Origin: Spirochaetota bacterium
GTDB lineage: Bacteria > Spirochaetota > Spirochaetia > SZUA-6
Length of the DNA: 64,000 nucleotides
Direction: 5' to 3'
Assembly (NCBI GenBank): GCA_013151965.1
Contig: JAADHF010000135.1
Span: 32,580 to 96,579 of the forward strand
Shown here in pieces: positions 43,461-53,808 of this stretch (within the stretch, counting starts at the first letter, position 1; each line of letters begins with the position of its first letter). A program made the position numbers and the translations under genes. The notes below the pieces were generated by a model that had not been told where the DNA came from, did no database searches, and saw only the letters and a program-made list of their open reading frames with translations.

Positions 43461-43997
43461 TCAGTTTTTATCCATATCTTCGTGCAATCTGCTGCCTTTA
43501 GCTCCTCTCTGATACTGGTACTTTCCCGAATAAGGAAAGTCCGCCTTTTTATCCATCAATGCGAATACTATCTGGCATATCCTCCTCCCGCTTGTTAAGC
43601 GTATCGGCAGCCTGTTTGCATTGTATAATTCCAGTGTGATAGTCCCTTCGAACCCGGGGTCCACCCAGCCTGCATTCTGGATAAAGAGTCCTATCCGCCC
43701 TATGGAGCTTCTCCCCTCCACAAAGGCCGTTATATAATCCGGAAGCTTTACATACTCCCTGGTTACCGCAAGCATAAAGGACTGCGGCGGTATTACAATT
43801 TCTTCTCTTGTTATCTCATTGTACCTGATTTTAGAATCCATCGTGATCGATTCTACCGAATTCTCATCCATCTTTAAAAAATTATTGCCTAACCTCAAAT
43901 CTATCGAAGCAGGCTGAATCTGATAATCCTCCAGCGGTTCCACGAGCAGTTCCCCGCTTCTTAAAAGTTCTTTAAGCGTTCTATCCGATACTATCAA
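43461..43997 (-). CDS. dcd: dCTP deaminase
   Basis: The sequence is MIVSDRTLKELLRSGELLVEP...IQPASIDLRLGN...EGRSSIGRIGLFI. Confidence 0.9.
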   Translation of the reverse strand: MIVSDRTLKELLRSGELLVEPLEDYQIQPASIDLRLGNNFLKMDENSVESITMDSKIRYNEITREEIVIPPQSFMLAVTREYVKLPDYITAFVEGRSSIGRIGLFIQNAGWVDPGFEGTITLELYNANRLPIRLTSGRRICQIVFALMDKKADFPYSGKYQYQRGAKGSRLHEDMDKN

Positions 43998-44001
43998 TCT
44001 A

Positions 44002-45444
44002 TCAATACCCCGCCTGCTCCTTTAGATGCTTCTTTATTAAACCGAACTTTACCCGCTTTAACTTCTCAGAGAGAGAAACCTTATATATATGCGGATTAAT
44101 GAGCCTCTTATACGTATCATCGAGCATTTTAAGGTTATTTTTTGTTCTTTTCTGGATTGATCGCAGACCGGGAGGCTCATATACGATTTTTCCGTTTTTT
44201 ACCTTTAACGAAAGCAGCGGTTCTATTTTAGAGTAATCCTTTACCTTTAAATACTTATACTCGAACATCGGATGATAAAATCTGTACTGCCGCCCTTTCC
44301 TGACCGGTTCATCTTCCAGGGCCAGAAAGTCGGCAAGCAGCATATTATCCCCATTGTAAAACCGGTAAACCTGCTTAAGCGCAGGATTTGTAACCTTCTG
44401 AGGATTATCGGAAAGTTTTATTACCGGCTCGAAAACTTCATCCGTCCTCTTGGCCACAAGCTTATAAACACCTGTCAGGGAAGAATCACCTCCCGCTGTG
44501 ACAAGCTTTGTGCCCACACCCCAGTAATCTACCGGTGCTCCCCTGTTAACCAGCTGATTTATAATCATCTCATCGAGCTCATTGGAAACCGTTATCTTCG
44601 CATTCTTAAGCCCGGCATTATCCAGTTTCTGCCTGACCTTTTTGCTTATATACTCCAGGTCGCCGCTGTCCAGCCGGACACCCATGTTTTTTCCCATACC
44701 CTGTAGATGCTTCCCAACGGATATTGCATTATTTATTCCGCTGCCCAGCGAATCGTACGTGTCTATAAGGAGTACCGTATTATCAGGGTAGGTATCCGCA
44801 TATTTTTTAAAAGCCTCGTACTCACTGTCGAATGCCATGACCCACGAATGCGCCATCGTGCCCTTAACCGGTATTCCATACACTTTGCCGGCAAGTGTAT
44901 TGGAAGTTGCAGCAGCCCCCCCTATAAAGGCTGCCCTGGAAGCCGCCATTGCGCCGTTTATGCCGTGAGCCCGCCTTAAACCGAACTCAAGAACCACTCC
45001 CTCTCTGGACGCAAGATAAACACGGGCTGATTTTGTTGCAATCAAGGTCTGGAAATTAATCGTATTAAGTATAAAACTCTCTATGAGCTGTGCTTCCATG
45101 AGACTGCTGTGTATCCTTACAAGCGGTTCGTTGGGGAAAACCAGGGTTCCCTCATCCATGGCATAGACATCGCCCTTAAATTTAAAACCGGCAAGGTACT
45201 GTAAAAAGTCGTCTTCGAACAACCCCAGTCCTGAAAGATATTCGATGTCATCATTACAGAACCGTAACTCCGAAATACCCTTTACAACGTCCTCCAGTCC
45301 TGCAAATACGGAAAACCCGCCTTTAAAGGGCTGGCGCCTGAAAAACATATCGAAAACCACATAGGGATTTAACCCGTATTTGTAGTATCCCTGCATCATT
45401 GTCAACTCGTAGAGATCGGTAAACAGAGCGAGGCTGCCGTTCAT
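44002..45444 (-). CDS. pncB: Nicotinate phosphoribosyltransferase
   Basis: It has LFTDLYELTMMQGYY, GTMAHSWVMAF and RLDSGDL motifs and is 480 aa long. Confidence 0.9.
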   Translation of the reverse strand: MNGSLALFTDLYELTMMQGYYKYGLNPYVVFDMFFRRQPFKGGFSVFAGLEDVVKGISELRFCNDDIEYLSGLGLFEDDFLQYLAGFKFKGDVYAMDEGTLVFPNEPLVRIHSSLMEAQLIESFILNTINFQTLIATKSARVYLASREGVVLEFGLRRAHGINGAMAASRAAFIGGAAATSNTLAGKVYGIPVKGTMAHSWVMAFDSEYEAFKKYADTYPDNTVLLIDTYDSLGSGINNAISVGKHLQGMGKNMGVRLDSGDLEYISKKVRQKLDNAGLKNAKITVSNELDEMIINQLVNRGAPVDYWGVGTKLVTAGGDSSLTGVYKLVAKRTDEVFEPVIKLSDNPQKVTNPALKQVYRFYNGDNMLLADFLALEDEPVRKGRQYRFYHPMFEYKYLKVKDYSKIEPLLSLKVKNGKIVYEPPGLRSIQKRTKNNLKMLDDTYKRLINPHIYKVSLSEKLKRVKFGLIKKHLKEQAGY

Positions 45445-46058
45445 TCTATAATTACCACACCTTTTTGCTTCATATCGTTAAGAGCTTTCCTTACATTTCC
45501 TTCGGGAAAATCCACACCGCGTACTCCCTCAAGGACCACCCTGGTCTTATATCCCAGCTTAACCGCATCCAGAGCCGTATAGTAAACGCAGTAATCCATT
45601 GCAAGTCCCGTAAGATAAACCGTATCCATGTGCAGGCCCTTTAAATAACCATCCAGACCCGTTGCCGTCTCTCTGTCATTCTCAAAAAAGGCCGAGTATG
45701 AGTCTGTTTCCCTGTTTGTTCCCTTTCTTAAAATCAAAGAGACCCCGTTTAAGTCCAGCCCGGGATAAAAATCCGCTCCCGCCGTGCCCTGCACGCAGTG
45801 ATCCGGCCATAAAACCTGCTCGATGCCGTTAACGGTTATTGTTTCCATGACCTCTTTCCCGGGATGACCGGAGGCAAATGACAGGTGGTCTCCGGGATGC
45901 CAGTCCTGAGTTGCAACTACCTTTGCAAATCTGTGCATAATCCTGTTAATCACAGGCACAACGAGGTTTCCCTCAGGCACGGAAAGTTTACCTCCGGGAC
46001 AGAAATCATTCTGAACATCTATTACAAGAAGTACCGAATTATCATATTCAGCCGCCAA
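45441..46058 (-). CDS. pncA: Nicotinamidase/pyrazinamidase (isochorismatase fold)
   Basis: LLVIDVQNDFCPGGKL, TQDWHPGDHLSF and the catalytic Cys in GLAMDYCV are present. It overlaps pncB by 4 nt. Confidence 0.85.
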   Translation of the reverse strand: MAAEYDNSVLLVIDVQNDFCPGGKLSVPEGNLVVPVINRIMHRFAKVVATQDWHPGDHLSFASGHPGKEVMETITVNGIEQVLWPDHCVQGTAGADFYPGLDLNGVSLILRKGTNRETDSYSAFFENDRETATGLDGYLKGLHMDTVYLTGLAMDYCVYYTALDAVKLGYKTRVVLEGVRGVDFPEGNVRKALNDMKQKGVVIIE

Positions 46059-46086
46059 TGTATATCTCCCTGTCCGGTCTTTATCC

Positions 46087-47328
46087 TTATTTAACAGGAA
46101 GCAGACCGTATTTTAATTTTAACCTTATTATCCGTTTAACACCTTCATTAATTGTCTTAATACTAATCTCTCCCTGCTTATAAAGATCCATTACAATCGA
46201 TTCCAGTTTAAGCGTATCGTATTTGGAATTTACAAGTATAATATCAACTCCCGCATTAATACTTTTATTAAGGATTTCTTTCATGGAAAAGTTCTCCGTT
46301 AATGCCCCCATGTCTATGGCATCGGAGATAACTACCCCTTTAAATTTAAGTTTATCACGGAGTATCCCCGTTATGATTTTTTTAGAACATGTAACAGGAT
46401 ATTCGGAATCGATATTCTTATAAAGGATATGCGCAGTCATAAGGGCATCCGCACCATTATCTATGGCCGTTTTAAAAGGCAGGATATCCCTTTTCATCAA
46501 ATCGGATTCGGTGATATTTACAACAGGAAGATGCTCATGGGAATCTACCGATGTAATCCCATGCCCGGGAAAATGCTTTATTACGGAAATTATTCCGGCT
46601 TCTCCTGCTCCTTTTAAATAGAACAATCCGTATTCTCCCACTCTGGAAACATTGTCTCCCATCGACCTGTCTCCGATAACAGTATTATCGGGCCTGCCGT
46701 AAAGGTCAAGGACCGGTGCGAAATTAATATTACATCCGATTTCCGATATTTCCTTCCCTGTTATATAAGCGGCGGCTTCGATAAAGTAGGGGTCGTTATG
46801 CTCGCCCCAGTAAAATGCAGCGGGGAACCTTGTAAACTGCTTAAATTTAAACCTTATCACTCTGCCGCCTTCCTGATCCGCTCCTATTAACAGTTTTAAC
46901 GGGGGTTTGTTCAGGGCAGCTGTTTTCTGCAGTTTCCCGTTAAGATTTTTTACCTGGCTGCGATTTTTGATATTCTGTGAATTTAATATTACACCGCCGA
47001 TATACCCTTTCCTGATAAGTTTTACAGCCTGCTCTGTTAAACCGGTACCGGGTATCCACGACATAAACCGCTGTCCGATTTTCTGTTTTATAGTCATGCT
47101 GTCAAGGTATTTCTCCACAACATCTTCCGAAACAGGACTCGGCTCCTGCTTCAGAGGAATTTTCCCCTTTAAAATAGAGGGACTCTCCTTTTCTATGGAA
47201 AGTTCCGGTTTTTCCGCAGATTTTTTAATATTTTTTTCAGGTTTACTCCCCTGCAGAATCTGCACAGGGGTAGTTCGGCACGATATCAGAAATACTGCTA
47301 ATAGAAGCCCGATAAGGAAGCTACGCAT
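46087..47328 (-). CDS. nagZ: Beta-N-acetylhexosaminidase (GH3, NagZ-like), secreted
   Basis: The motifs are IGADQEGGRVIRF, KHFPGHG and VVISDAIDMGAL. Confidence 0.85.
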   Translation of the reverse strand: MRSFLIGLLLAVFLISCRTTPVQILQGSKPEKNIKKSAEKPELSIEKESPSILKGKIPLKQEPSPVSEDVVEKYLDSMTIKQKIGQRFMSWIPGTGLTEQAVKLIRKGYIGGVILNSQNIKNRSQVKNLNGKLQKTAALNKPPLKLLIGADQEGGRVIRFKFKQFTRFPAAFYWGEHNDPYFIEAAAYITGKEISEIGCNINFAPVLDLYGRPDNTVIGDRSMGDNVSRVGEYGLFYLKGAGEAGIISVIKHFPGHGITSVDSHEHLPVVNITESDLMKRDILPFKTAIDNGADALMTAHILYKNIDSEYPVTCSKKIITGILRDKLKFKGVVISDAIDMGALTENFSMKEILNKSINAGVDIILVNSKYDTLKLESIVMDLYKQGEISIKTINEGVKRIIRLKLKYGLLPVK

Positions 47329-47346
47329 CGCTACAATTTCCAGCCC

Positions 47347-47419
47347 TGGAGGATAGGGGATTCGAACCCCTGACCTATAGATTGCGAACCTATCGCTCTG
47401 CCGACTGAGCTAATCCCCC
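47347..47419 (-). tRNA. tRNA-Ala (anticodon CGC)
   Basis: The reverse complement GGGGGATTAGCTCAGTCGGCAGAGCGATAGGTTCGCAATCTATAGGTCAGGGGTTCGAATCCCCTATCCTCCA folds as a 73-nt cloverleaf. The anticodon loop is TTCGCAA. The G3:U70 alanine identity pair and the GGTTCGAAT T-loop are present. CCA is not encoded. Confidence 0.9.
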
Positions 47420-47438
47420 GATAGTAAAGTTTACAGAT

Positions 47439-47467
47439 AACATAGCAGTATAGCTTAAAAATGGCAA
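47439..47467 (-). promoter_or_regulatory. Candidate promoter for tRNA-Ala
   Basis: On the minus strand: TTGCCA (47467..47462), 17-nt spacer, TATGTT (47444..47439), about 19 nt upstream of the tRNA 5' end. Confidence 0.3.
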
Positions 47468-47472
47468 GATCT

Positions 47473-48399
47473 TTACACTTCGATAACCATTCCCTCTTCT
47501 GCAACATCGATAAAAAGGTCTGTTTTCCCGTTTACCGCCCTTCGATATTTATCCCTTAACCTGTCCAGTTCCTCATCACTTCTTAAAGGATCATGATGAA
47601 AAAAGTAAAGTTTTTTTACTCCGGCTTTATGGGCGGCATTGATAGCCCATTCGAACGAAGAGTGGCCCCATCCGAGTTTTGAATCCATATATTCTTTTTG
47701 CGTATACTGTGTATCATGGATTAAAATATCGGCATCCTTAAAGAATTCAAGTACCTTTTCGTTCTCTTCCTTCGCAACAAGCTCACCCTCCTTAACCGCA
47801 GCCTCGTCGTAATCCGGGGAATCGGGACTGACTTCGAAAACATTTATGAAAGGTTCGGTATCATAGGCTGTACATAATACTTTGCCGTTGTATTCAAACC
47901 GGTATCCGAGATCAAGAATCGGATGATTTAAATATTTGGTTTTTAAGACAATTCCATCCCCCAGATCCTGAACACTCTCTTTTAAGGGGAAATACTTAAT
48001 ATCCGCTGCAAGCTCACTCTGCCGCACGGGGAAATAACGATACCTCAGCTGATCACCGACAATTCTATCCAGCGAATCCTCTTCGTATGTTACAGGACCG
48101 TATATTTTTAACTCCGTTCCGGGTATATAGATAGGGGTAAAAAACGGAAGGCCCATAATATGATCCCAGTGTGTATGCGTTAAAAATATTTCTGTTTTTA
48201 TCGGCCCCTTTTTAAGATCCTCTTTAACCAGCTTATTTCCAAGTTCCCGTATTCCGGAACCTGCATCGATAATAACAAGGCGGTTATCCTGTCCGAACCG
48301 AAGTTCCAGTGATGCGGTATTCCCGCCGTACTTAACTGTCTTCGGTCCCGGACATGGTATGGAACCTCTTACGCCCCAGAAAGTTAAACGGATCGACAT
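47473..48399 (-). CDS. MBL-fold metallo-hydrolase
   Basis: It has the HTHWDH zinc motif and a downstream HHDP motif. Confidence 0.75.
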   Translation of the reverse strand: MSIRLTFWGVRGSIPCPGPKTVKYGGNTASLELRFGQDNRLVIIDAGSGIRELGNKLVKEDLKKGPIKTEIFLTHTHWDHIMGLPFFTPIYIPGTELKIYGPVTYEEDSLDRIVGDQLRYRYFPVRQSELAADIKYFPLKESVQDLGDGIVLKTKYLNHPILDLGYRFEYNGKVLCTAYDTEPFINVFEVSPDSPDYDEAAVKEGELVAKEENEKVLEFFKDADILIHDTQYTQKEYMDSKLGWGHSSFEWAINAAHKAGVKKLYFFHHDPLRSDEELDRLRDKYRRAVNGKTDLFIDVAEEGMVIEV

Positions 48400-48410
48400 A
48401 TAATGCTCCT

Positions 48411-49280
48411 TTAGCTCGCTACCCTGAGAAAAATCTGTGCTTTTTCTATTTCGGAATTTACCTGATCTTCTATGCCCTCAAGATAATCCCAGTTGATTCC
48501 CAGGTATTTAAAAACAGAATCGGGAAGTTTTTCAGGATATCTGTCTCCCGAAAAACCGATTTCGAAGGTATTTGCAAATATATTTGCAGCGGCTATTGCA
48601 TAGACAACATCAAGAAACTCTCCCTGATACTCATCCAGAGCATGATGATAATAAACAGCATCCTCAGTATCCTTTCCCAATTTCCAGCTCTCTATGATTA
48701 ATTTTCCGACCTCGGCATGATTAACCTCTATTACCTGTTCCTCGGATTTATACAGGGGAATATGTTCTTTATCCGTAAGGGATATTGCCTCCACATACTC
48801 ATCGGACATTTTGTTGTTAAGAGGTATTTTCCCCAGATCATGCAGGAGCCCTGCCACAAAGTATCCCTCTAAAAGGGAAGGATCTACCTTTCTGTGCCTT
48901 GCTATTAATTTGGATGTAACACCCACGCAGATGGAATGCCTCCAGAAACCATTCATATTCAGAGCCTGGAAATTATTCTTTTTACCCAGATTTCCCAGTA
49001 TAGCCGTACTGATGGCAAGATTTTTAACGGTATTTATGCCTAACATTATTATTGCACGGACCAATGATGTTATCTGATTCGGAAGCGAATAGTACGCCGA
49101 GTTTATCAGGCGCATGACCTTTCCCATCAGTACCGGATCGAGGCTTATTACCTGGTTTAAATCACCCGGTGATGTTTTCGGATCATTGCATATCTGAAGT
49201 ATCTTCGATACCGTTGTCGGCAGACTCGGCATTTTACTTATATATGATTTAATAATTGTTAAAATCTGCTGTTTTTCCAT
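48411..49280 (-). CDS. HDOD domain signalling protein
   Basis: LPSLPTTVSKILQICNDPKTSPGDLNQVISLDPVLMGKVMRLINSAYY and GLLHDLGK are typical of HDOD. Confidence 0.8.
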   Translation of the reverse strand: MEKQQILTIIKSYISKMPSLPTTVSKILQICNDPKTSPGDLNQVISLDPVLMGKVMRLINSAYYSLPNQITSLVRAIIMLGINTVKNLAISTAILGNLGKKNNFQALNMNGFWRHSICVGVTSKLIARHRKVDPSLLEGYFVAGLLHDLGKIPLNNKMSDEYVEAISLTDKEHIPLYKSEEQVIEVNHAEVGKLIIESWKLGKDTEDAVYYHHALDEYQGEFLDVVYAIAAANIFANTFEIGFSGDRYPEKLPDSVFKYLGINWDYLEGIEDQVNSEIEKAQIFLRVAS

Positions 49281-49295
49281 AATAACCTCGAGTAA

Positions 49296-52214
49296 TTATA
49301 TTTTTTCCAGAATATTATCAAGCTTCTTTTTTATAGCGCTTCCAAGTGTCTTATCCGGATAATACACAGCCAGTCCTTCCAGATATGCAAAGGTGTCTTT
49401 TAAATTTTTCCTGGTAATCGCAACAGGTTTCTTAATTTTTTCGGGGTGATATTTTTTTTCTATCGTCTTTCTTAAACCTTTTTTACCGGATAACCTGGAC
49501 CTTACATATTCCATCTGAAGCCTTTTATCACTTTTTAAAAAGACCGCCCGCTTTTCTACGGGCAAATAATCGGATAGTTTAGCCAGATAGTCAAGGAGCC
49601 TCCCGGGATCACCTGCCTGTTTCTCTTTCTTTGCCGTGCCGTTCTGCACCGGTTCATTAAGGCTCTCTTTAACTCCGTTTAAGTAATCCTTAAGTTCCTT
49701 TCTCACTTCGGTGGCACTCTTGGGGGACTCATCCGGTGCTTCCTTAATTTCCTCGAGATATGCTTCGGCTTCATCATCCGCAGATTCATCATCCGGGACG
49801 GATTCCAGTTCCGAAAGCTCTTCGGGCTCCTTATCCTGTTCGGGTCCTTCCGTTTCGGGATACCCTCTGCCGGATTCCTCTTCTTCCCCGTCAGCCACAT
49901 CGGATTCACTTAAGTACGAAGGAATGCCTCCTGAATCTTCTTCATCCGGCGGATACTCCGCATCAGGCACAGGGGATGGCTGCAAAGGATTCTCATAGAG
50001 CGTTTCGGGTTCTTCCATTACAGGAATATCATCGCTTTGAACCGCCGGATAGGGATAGGGCACCGGCACAACCTGCGGACCTTTATCCAATTTTCTCCCT
50101 ATCTCGTCTATTTTATGGGAGAGCCTGTCCACCATATCCCTCTGAGCACTTACGGATTCTTTTAGAGATTCGGCAATAACGGCTCCTCCTGCCCTGGAAA
50201 AACCGGCAGAAGCATCCGCATCCTCCTCTGCAGTTTCCCGCCGGGTTCTCTGTTTATCAGCCTCACCGCCGGCTTCCGGACCCTCATCCATCCGATCAGC
50301 CTGCGGTTTAATATCCTTATCCTGCGAAGGAGCTTTTTCGTCCGTAAACTGCGGCGGGAGCTGAAAATCCTTCCAGTTCGGATTTTCTTCGTACAATTCC
50401 TGATCTTCCAGAAGATTTATCAATGAAGGCGGTCTTTCATCGTTTATCTCCACTACCTCTTCTTCTTCCTCGTTTATCTCTTCCGCTTCTTCTAATTTTA
50501 GCTCCTCTTCCTCTTCCTCGATAGAAAGCACAGGTTCCATACCGCCTATATCTATAATAGGTACCGAATCTTCCTCTAACTTCTCGGATTTTTCCACTAT
50601 CAATTCATCTCCGAATTTTTCTTCCCCTTCATCCGACACATCGAATGAAACTCCTTTAAGCCGCTGTAAATTCATAACCCTTTCTTCCCGGAAATTGCGT
50701 TCATAATCCGCTATCGCATTTTCGTAGAGTTCCAGCGAATCCTTTAAATGATCAAAATCATCGAGATTGTCCTTTGTGCCCTGCAGTGTTATAAGCTTTT
50801 CATATACTTCGATGGCCTTTTCCGTATCCCCCATTTTCGTATAAACCCTGCCAAGCTGATAATAGAGTGCGGGATTTTCACTATCATATTCGGCTAAATC
50901 TTTAAAGACCTGCGCTGCATACTTAAATAATCCCTGCTCGTAGTAAAGGTCTCCCATCTGTATCCTTGCATCGACATTCTCAGGTTCGCTTTCCAGGAAC
51001 AATTTTAACTCTTCCTCTGCCTCCTTATACTTTCCCTGATCCTTAAGTACCATTGCAAGATCAAAATGGTAATCCTTATTATCGGGCTCGATTACCTTTA
51101 ATTTCTCAAAAAACTCCTTCGCCTTCTCGATTTCCCCGGCCTCATAATACATACTGCCGAGCGTTTTTATAGCATCCGTGTTTTCGGGGGCTTTTTCCAG
51201 AATATAAGTGTACTGCTCTATTGCATCCTGAAATCTATCCATAAGCCTGTAGGCGTTTCCCAGTCTTATCCGTGCTTCCAGGTCATCCGGTTTTAACTTT
51301 ACAATCTTTTCAAACTCTACAAGCGCTTCGGAATAGATACCCTGCTCTTCAAAGACAATACCAAGATTCGATACCGCCTTAACATAATTCGGATTAACCT
51401 TAAGCGCTTCACGGTAATACTTAACGGCTTTTTTCCTGTTTCCGAGTTTATCATATACAACACCGAGGTTGTTTCGGGCTTTAAGGTTATCGGGATCGCG
51501 TTTTAACAGTTCCTTAAAGATTTTAACGGCCCTTTTATGCTCTTCAAGCCTCTGAAGAGTTATTCCAAGGTTGTTAAGGGCATCCAGCCATCCCGGCTTA
51601 ATCTTAAGTGCCTGTTCGAATTCCCGCTTTGCCTCCTTCAGATTACCAAGTTTACCGTAGATTATGCCGAGATTGTACCTGATACGGGGCTGGTTCGGAT
51701 CTATCTGAAGACCCTTTGTGTATATCCGGACAGCATCCTTCGCTCTGCCCAGCTCTTCATAAATTACACCTAAATTATTGTATGCAGGAACATATTTTTC
51801 ATCGAGCTTTATTACCTGTTTAAACTCATTTATTGCATTGGGGTAATCCTTTAATGCCTTATATGTATTGCCGATATTGTAATGAATCTGACATTTATCA
51901 GGCGCACTTTTTAATGCCTGTTCAAATGCCGCTATTGCCTCTTTATACCTCCGTACATTTTTATATACAACGCCGAGGTTGTTATACGCCTCGGGATAAT
52001 CTTTCTTTAATGCTATGGCTGTTTTAAATTCATTAATTGCAGCCTCATACTTACCGATTTTCCCGTATACATTTCCGAGAACATTGTATGCCAGCGGAAA
52101 ATCCGGATATTTTTCGAGATAACCGGTCAGCACACCCTGTGCAAGTTCATAGTCACCCATAGTATAGGCAACTAAAGCCCGTTCCAGTGTTTCCCTTTTA
52201 GACAGAGCCTTCAC
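49296..52214 (-). CDS. Large TPR-repeat protein with an acidic low-complexity linker and a basic C-terminal domain
   Basis: About 13 consecutive 34-aa TPRs fill the N-terminal half (AYNNLGVVY..., AxxxFxxALxxxP pattern). A Glu/Asp-rich region follows, about aa 520-830. Confidence 0.8.
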   Translation of the reverse strand: MKALSKRETLERALVAYTMGDYELAQGVLTGYLEKYPDFPLAYNVLGNVYGKIGKYEAAINEFKTAIALKKDYPEAYNNLGVVYKNVRRYKEAIAAFEQALKSAPDKCQIHYNIGNTYKALKDYPNAINEFKQVIKLDEKYVPAYNNLGVIYEELGRAKDAVRIYTKGLQIDPNQPRIRYNLGIIYGKLGNLKEAKREFEQALKIKPGWLDALNNLGITLQRLEEHKRAVKIFKELLKRDPDNLKARNNLGVVYDKLGNRKKAVKYYREALKVNPNYVKAVSNLGIVFEEQGIYSEALVEFEKIVKLKPDDLEARIRLGNAYRLMDRFQDAIEQYTYILEKAPENTDAIKTLGSMYYEAGEIEKAKEFFEKLKVIEPDNKDYHFDLAMVLKDQGKYKEAEEELKLFLESEPENVDARIQMGDLYYEQGLFKYAAQVFKDLAEYDSENPALYYQLGRVYTKMGDTEKAIEVYEKLITLQGTKDNLDDFDHLKDSLELYENAIADYERNFREERVMNLQRLKGVSFDVSDEGEEKFGDELIVEKSEKLEEDSVPIIDIGGMEPVLSIEEEEEELKLEEAEEINEEEEEVVEINDERPPSLINLLEDQELYEENPNWKDFQLPPQFTDEKAPSQDKDIKPQADRMDEGPEAGGEADKQRTRRETAEEDADASAGFSRAGGAVIAESLKESVSAQRDMVDRLSHKIDEIGRKLDKGPQVVPVPYPYPAVQSDDIPVMEEPETLYENPLQPSPVPDAEYPPDEEDSGGIPSYLSESDVADGEEEESGRGYPETEGPEQDKEPEELSELESVPDDESADDEAEAYLEEIKEAPDESPKSATEVRKELKDYLNGVKESLNEPVQNGTAKKEKQAGDPGRLLDYLAKLSDYLPVEKRAVFLKSDKRLQMEYVRSRLSGKKGLRKTIEKKYHPEKIKKPVAITRKNLKDTFAYLEGLAVYYPDKTLGSAIKKKLDNILEKI

Positions 52215-53713
52215 TTCTTAATCCTGGAGGGCCGTATTGTTATTTCACGGGAAAAAATACTCCTGTGGGGAGGAACGGATGAATCATAGGCAACTACAAC
52301 AAAAGAGTAGAGTTTTCTGTTTTTTAATCCGGACACTGTAAACTTAGTAACTTTGCCTGCATCGATCGGCGATTCACCTTCTTCAGCACCGGTTCCCATA
52401 TAATTACCCGGCGATTCACCATAATATACAAGATATCCTTTAACATCCTGTTCATTAACGGCTTCCCAGTACAGAGTAATCTCTCCGTCACCGGCTACGG
52501 CATTAAAATCAGAGGGAGGAGCCGGAGGCAAATCCGGTTCATAGATAACATGTATTTCAGAAACAGCAGGAGAATACATCTGCGTACCATCCGGAAATAG
52601 TTCCATCCTTATCTGCACATAACGCCCCTTTATGGCATTCTTAAGTTCTTCACCAGGCACAAACTGTACCCATGATCCGTTTAAACCCGTTCTGTTTGTC
52701 AGAACATCCGAAATCCTATAATAAAAATATACCCCCGAATCAGAAGGATTCTTATACAAAACATCAATTCTTTTAAGTGTCGTTCCCGTATAACCCAGAT
52801 CAAATACCCTGCTTACTCCGACACCTGCCCTTTTATAGTACCTCTTTAAGCTAGGGGTTGTAACAAATTTACGGCTTATCCTCATCTCATCGATAAGACC
52901 TGTATATCCTCTGGCTATGTATAATACACCCCGGGCCGCATTTCCGATATCCGGAATAAGGACGGTACTGTTTTCGTTACCTGTAACGGTTGCGTAAAAA
53001 ACAGCTTCGAGCCTTCCGTTAACCTGATATTCGATTAATCCCTTCGTGCTGTTAAACCGCAGCAGATGATGGCTCCACTGCTTCGGAATAAGGCCTGTTA
53101 ATCCCCGTAACTCTATTAACCTTTTATTCCCCGCCGGCGAAAAGAATATGTTCTTAAAATCCCAGACCAGTCTCCGCTTCCGAAAACTGCACTGTATACT
53201 CTGAAGGAAAAGTTTACCTTTATGCCATCCGGCTCCGTTCCAGGACAGTATCGATTCTCCGTCGTTCATAGTAGAAGGATAGATCCAGAATTCAATCGAA
53301 AAATCACCCCATTCCGAACCCGGATAGAGAAGTGCCTCATTACCGGGTATTACTTTTTCTCCCTTCGGTAAATCGAGAAATGCAAAACTTCCCCCGCCTA
53401 AAACGTAAGCATTACCGGAGACAACGCTGTTTTCCCCTTTAAAAATATAGCGGCCTGCCGCATCACCTTCGCTTTTATTATTAAAATGCAGCAGTAAATC
53501 GGTCGAACTGTCCGGACTGTACTCCGCATCTTTCAGAATAATGTCATTCATCCCGAATTTGCCCCGTACCAGAGTTATGCCGTCACGTACAGTTAGACCG
53601 CTCCACCCGTCTTCTCTGCCCGAAACAATTTCCCTGTCCAGAGCAGACAAACCGCCGGAGGAGAGCAGGAAGATAAAAACTGCAAATATTCGAATACTTA
53701 TTTTTCTTTTCAT
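52211..53713 (-). CDS. Secreted LamG-like (concanavalin-type lectin fold) protein with C-terminal fibronectin type III domain
   Basis: The start is re-called at MKRKISIRIFAVFIFLLSSGGLSA. GDFSIEFWIYPSTMNDGESILSWNG is a LamG_3-like strand pattern. PPAPPSDFNAVAGDGEITLYWEAV...GYLVYYG is FN3. It has a 4-nt overlap with the TPR gene. Confidence 0.6.
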   Translation of the reverse strand: MKRKISIRIFAVFIFLLSSGGLSALDREIVSGREDGWSGLTVRDGITLVRGKFGMNDIILKDAEYSPDSSTDLLLHFNNKSEGDAAGRYIFKGENSVVSGNAYVLGGGSFAFLDLPKGEKVIPGNEALLYPGSEWGDFSIEFWIYPSTMNDGESILSWNGAGWHKGKLFLQSIQCSFRKRRLVWDFKNIFFSPAGNKRLIELRGLTGLIPKQWSHHLLRFNSTKGLIEYQVNGRLEAVFYATVTGNENSTVLIPDIGNAARGVLYIARGYTGLIDEMRISRKFVTTPSLKRYYKRAGVGVSRVFDLGYTGTTLKRIDVLYKNPSDSGVYFYYRISDVLTNRTGLNGSWVQFVPGEELKNAIKGRYVQIRMELFPDGTQMYSPAVSEIHVIYEPDLPPAPPSDFNAVAGDGEITLYWEAVNEQDVKGYLVYYGESPGNYMGTGAEEGESPIDAGKVTKFTVSGLKNRKLYSFVVVAYDSSVPPHRSIFSREITIRPSRIKK

Positions 53714-53808
53714 CGTTTTGTTATAAATTATAATCGGCATAAAGATTATTTTCCACCTGTATAAAAACATTTACAGGCGGAATTGTATTAAATTATTATT
53801 ATAAATCA

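Noticed and set aside
43432-43461. A perfect 12-bp inverted repeat (AATAAACAGATT / AATCTGTTTATT) just after dcd, as an intrinsic terminator.
   Set aside because: The stem is almost entirely A/T, there is no following U-tract on the transcribed strand, and the next gene is co-directional. At best it is a weak structure, so it is not called as a feature.
50400-50640. An apparent repetitive GAA/GAG-complement-rich DNA, as a tandem repeat or array.
   Set aside because: It is simply the coding sequence for the poly-Glu/Asp linker of the TPR protein. It has no fixed repeat unit and no spacer architecture.
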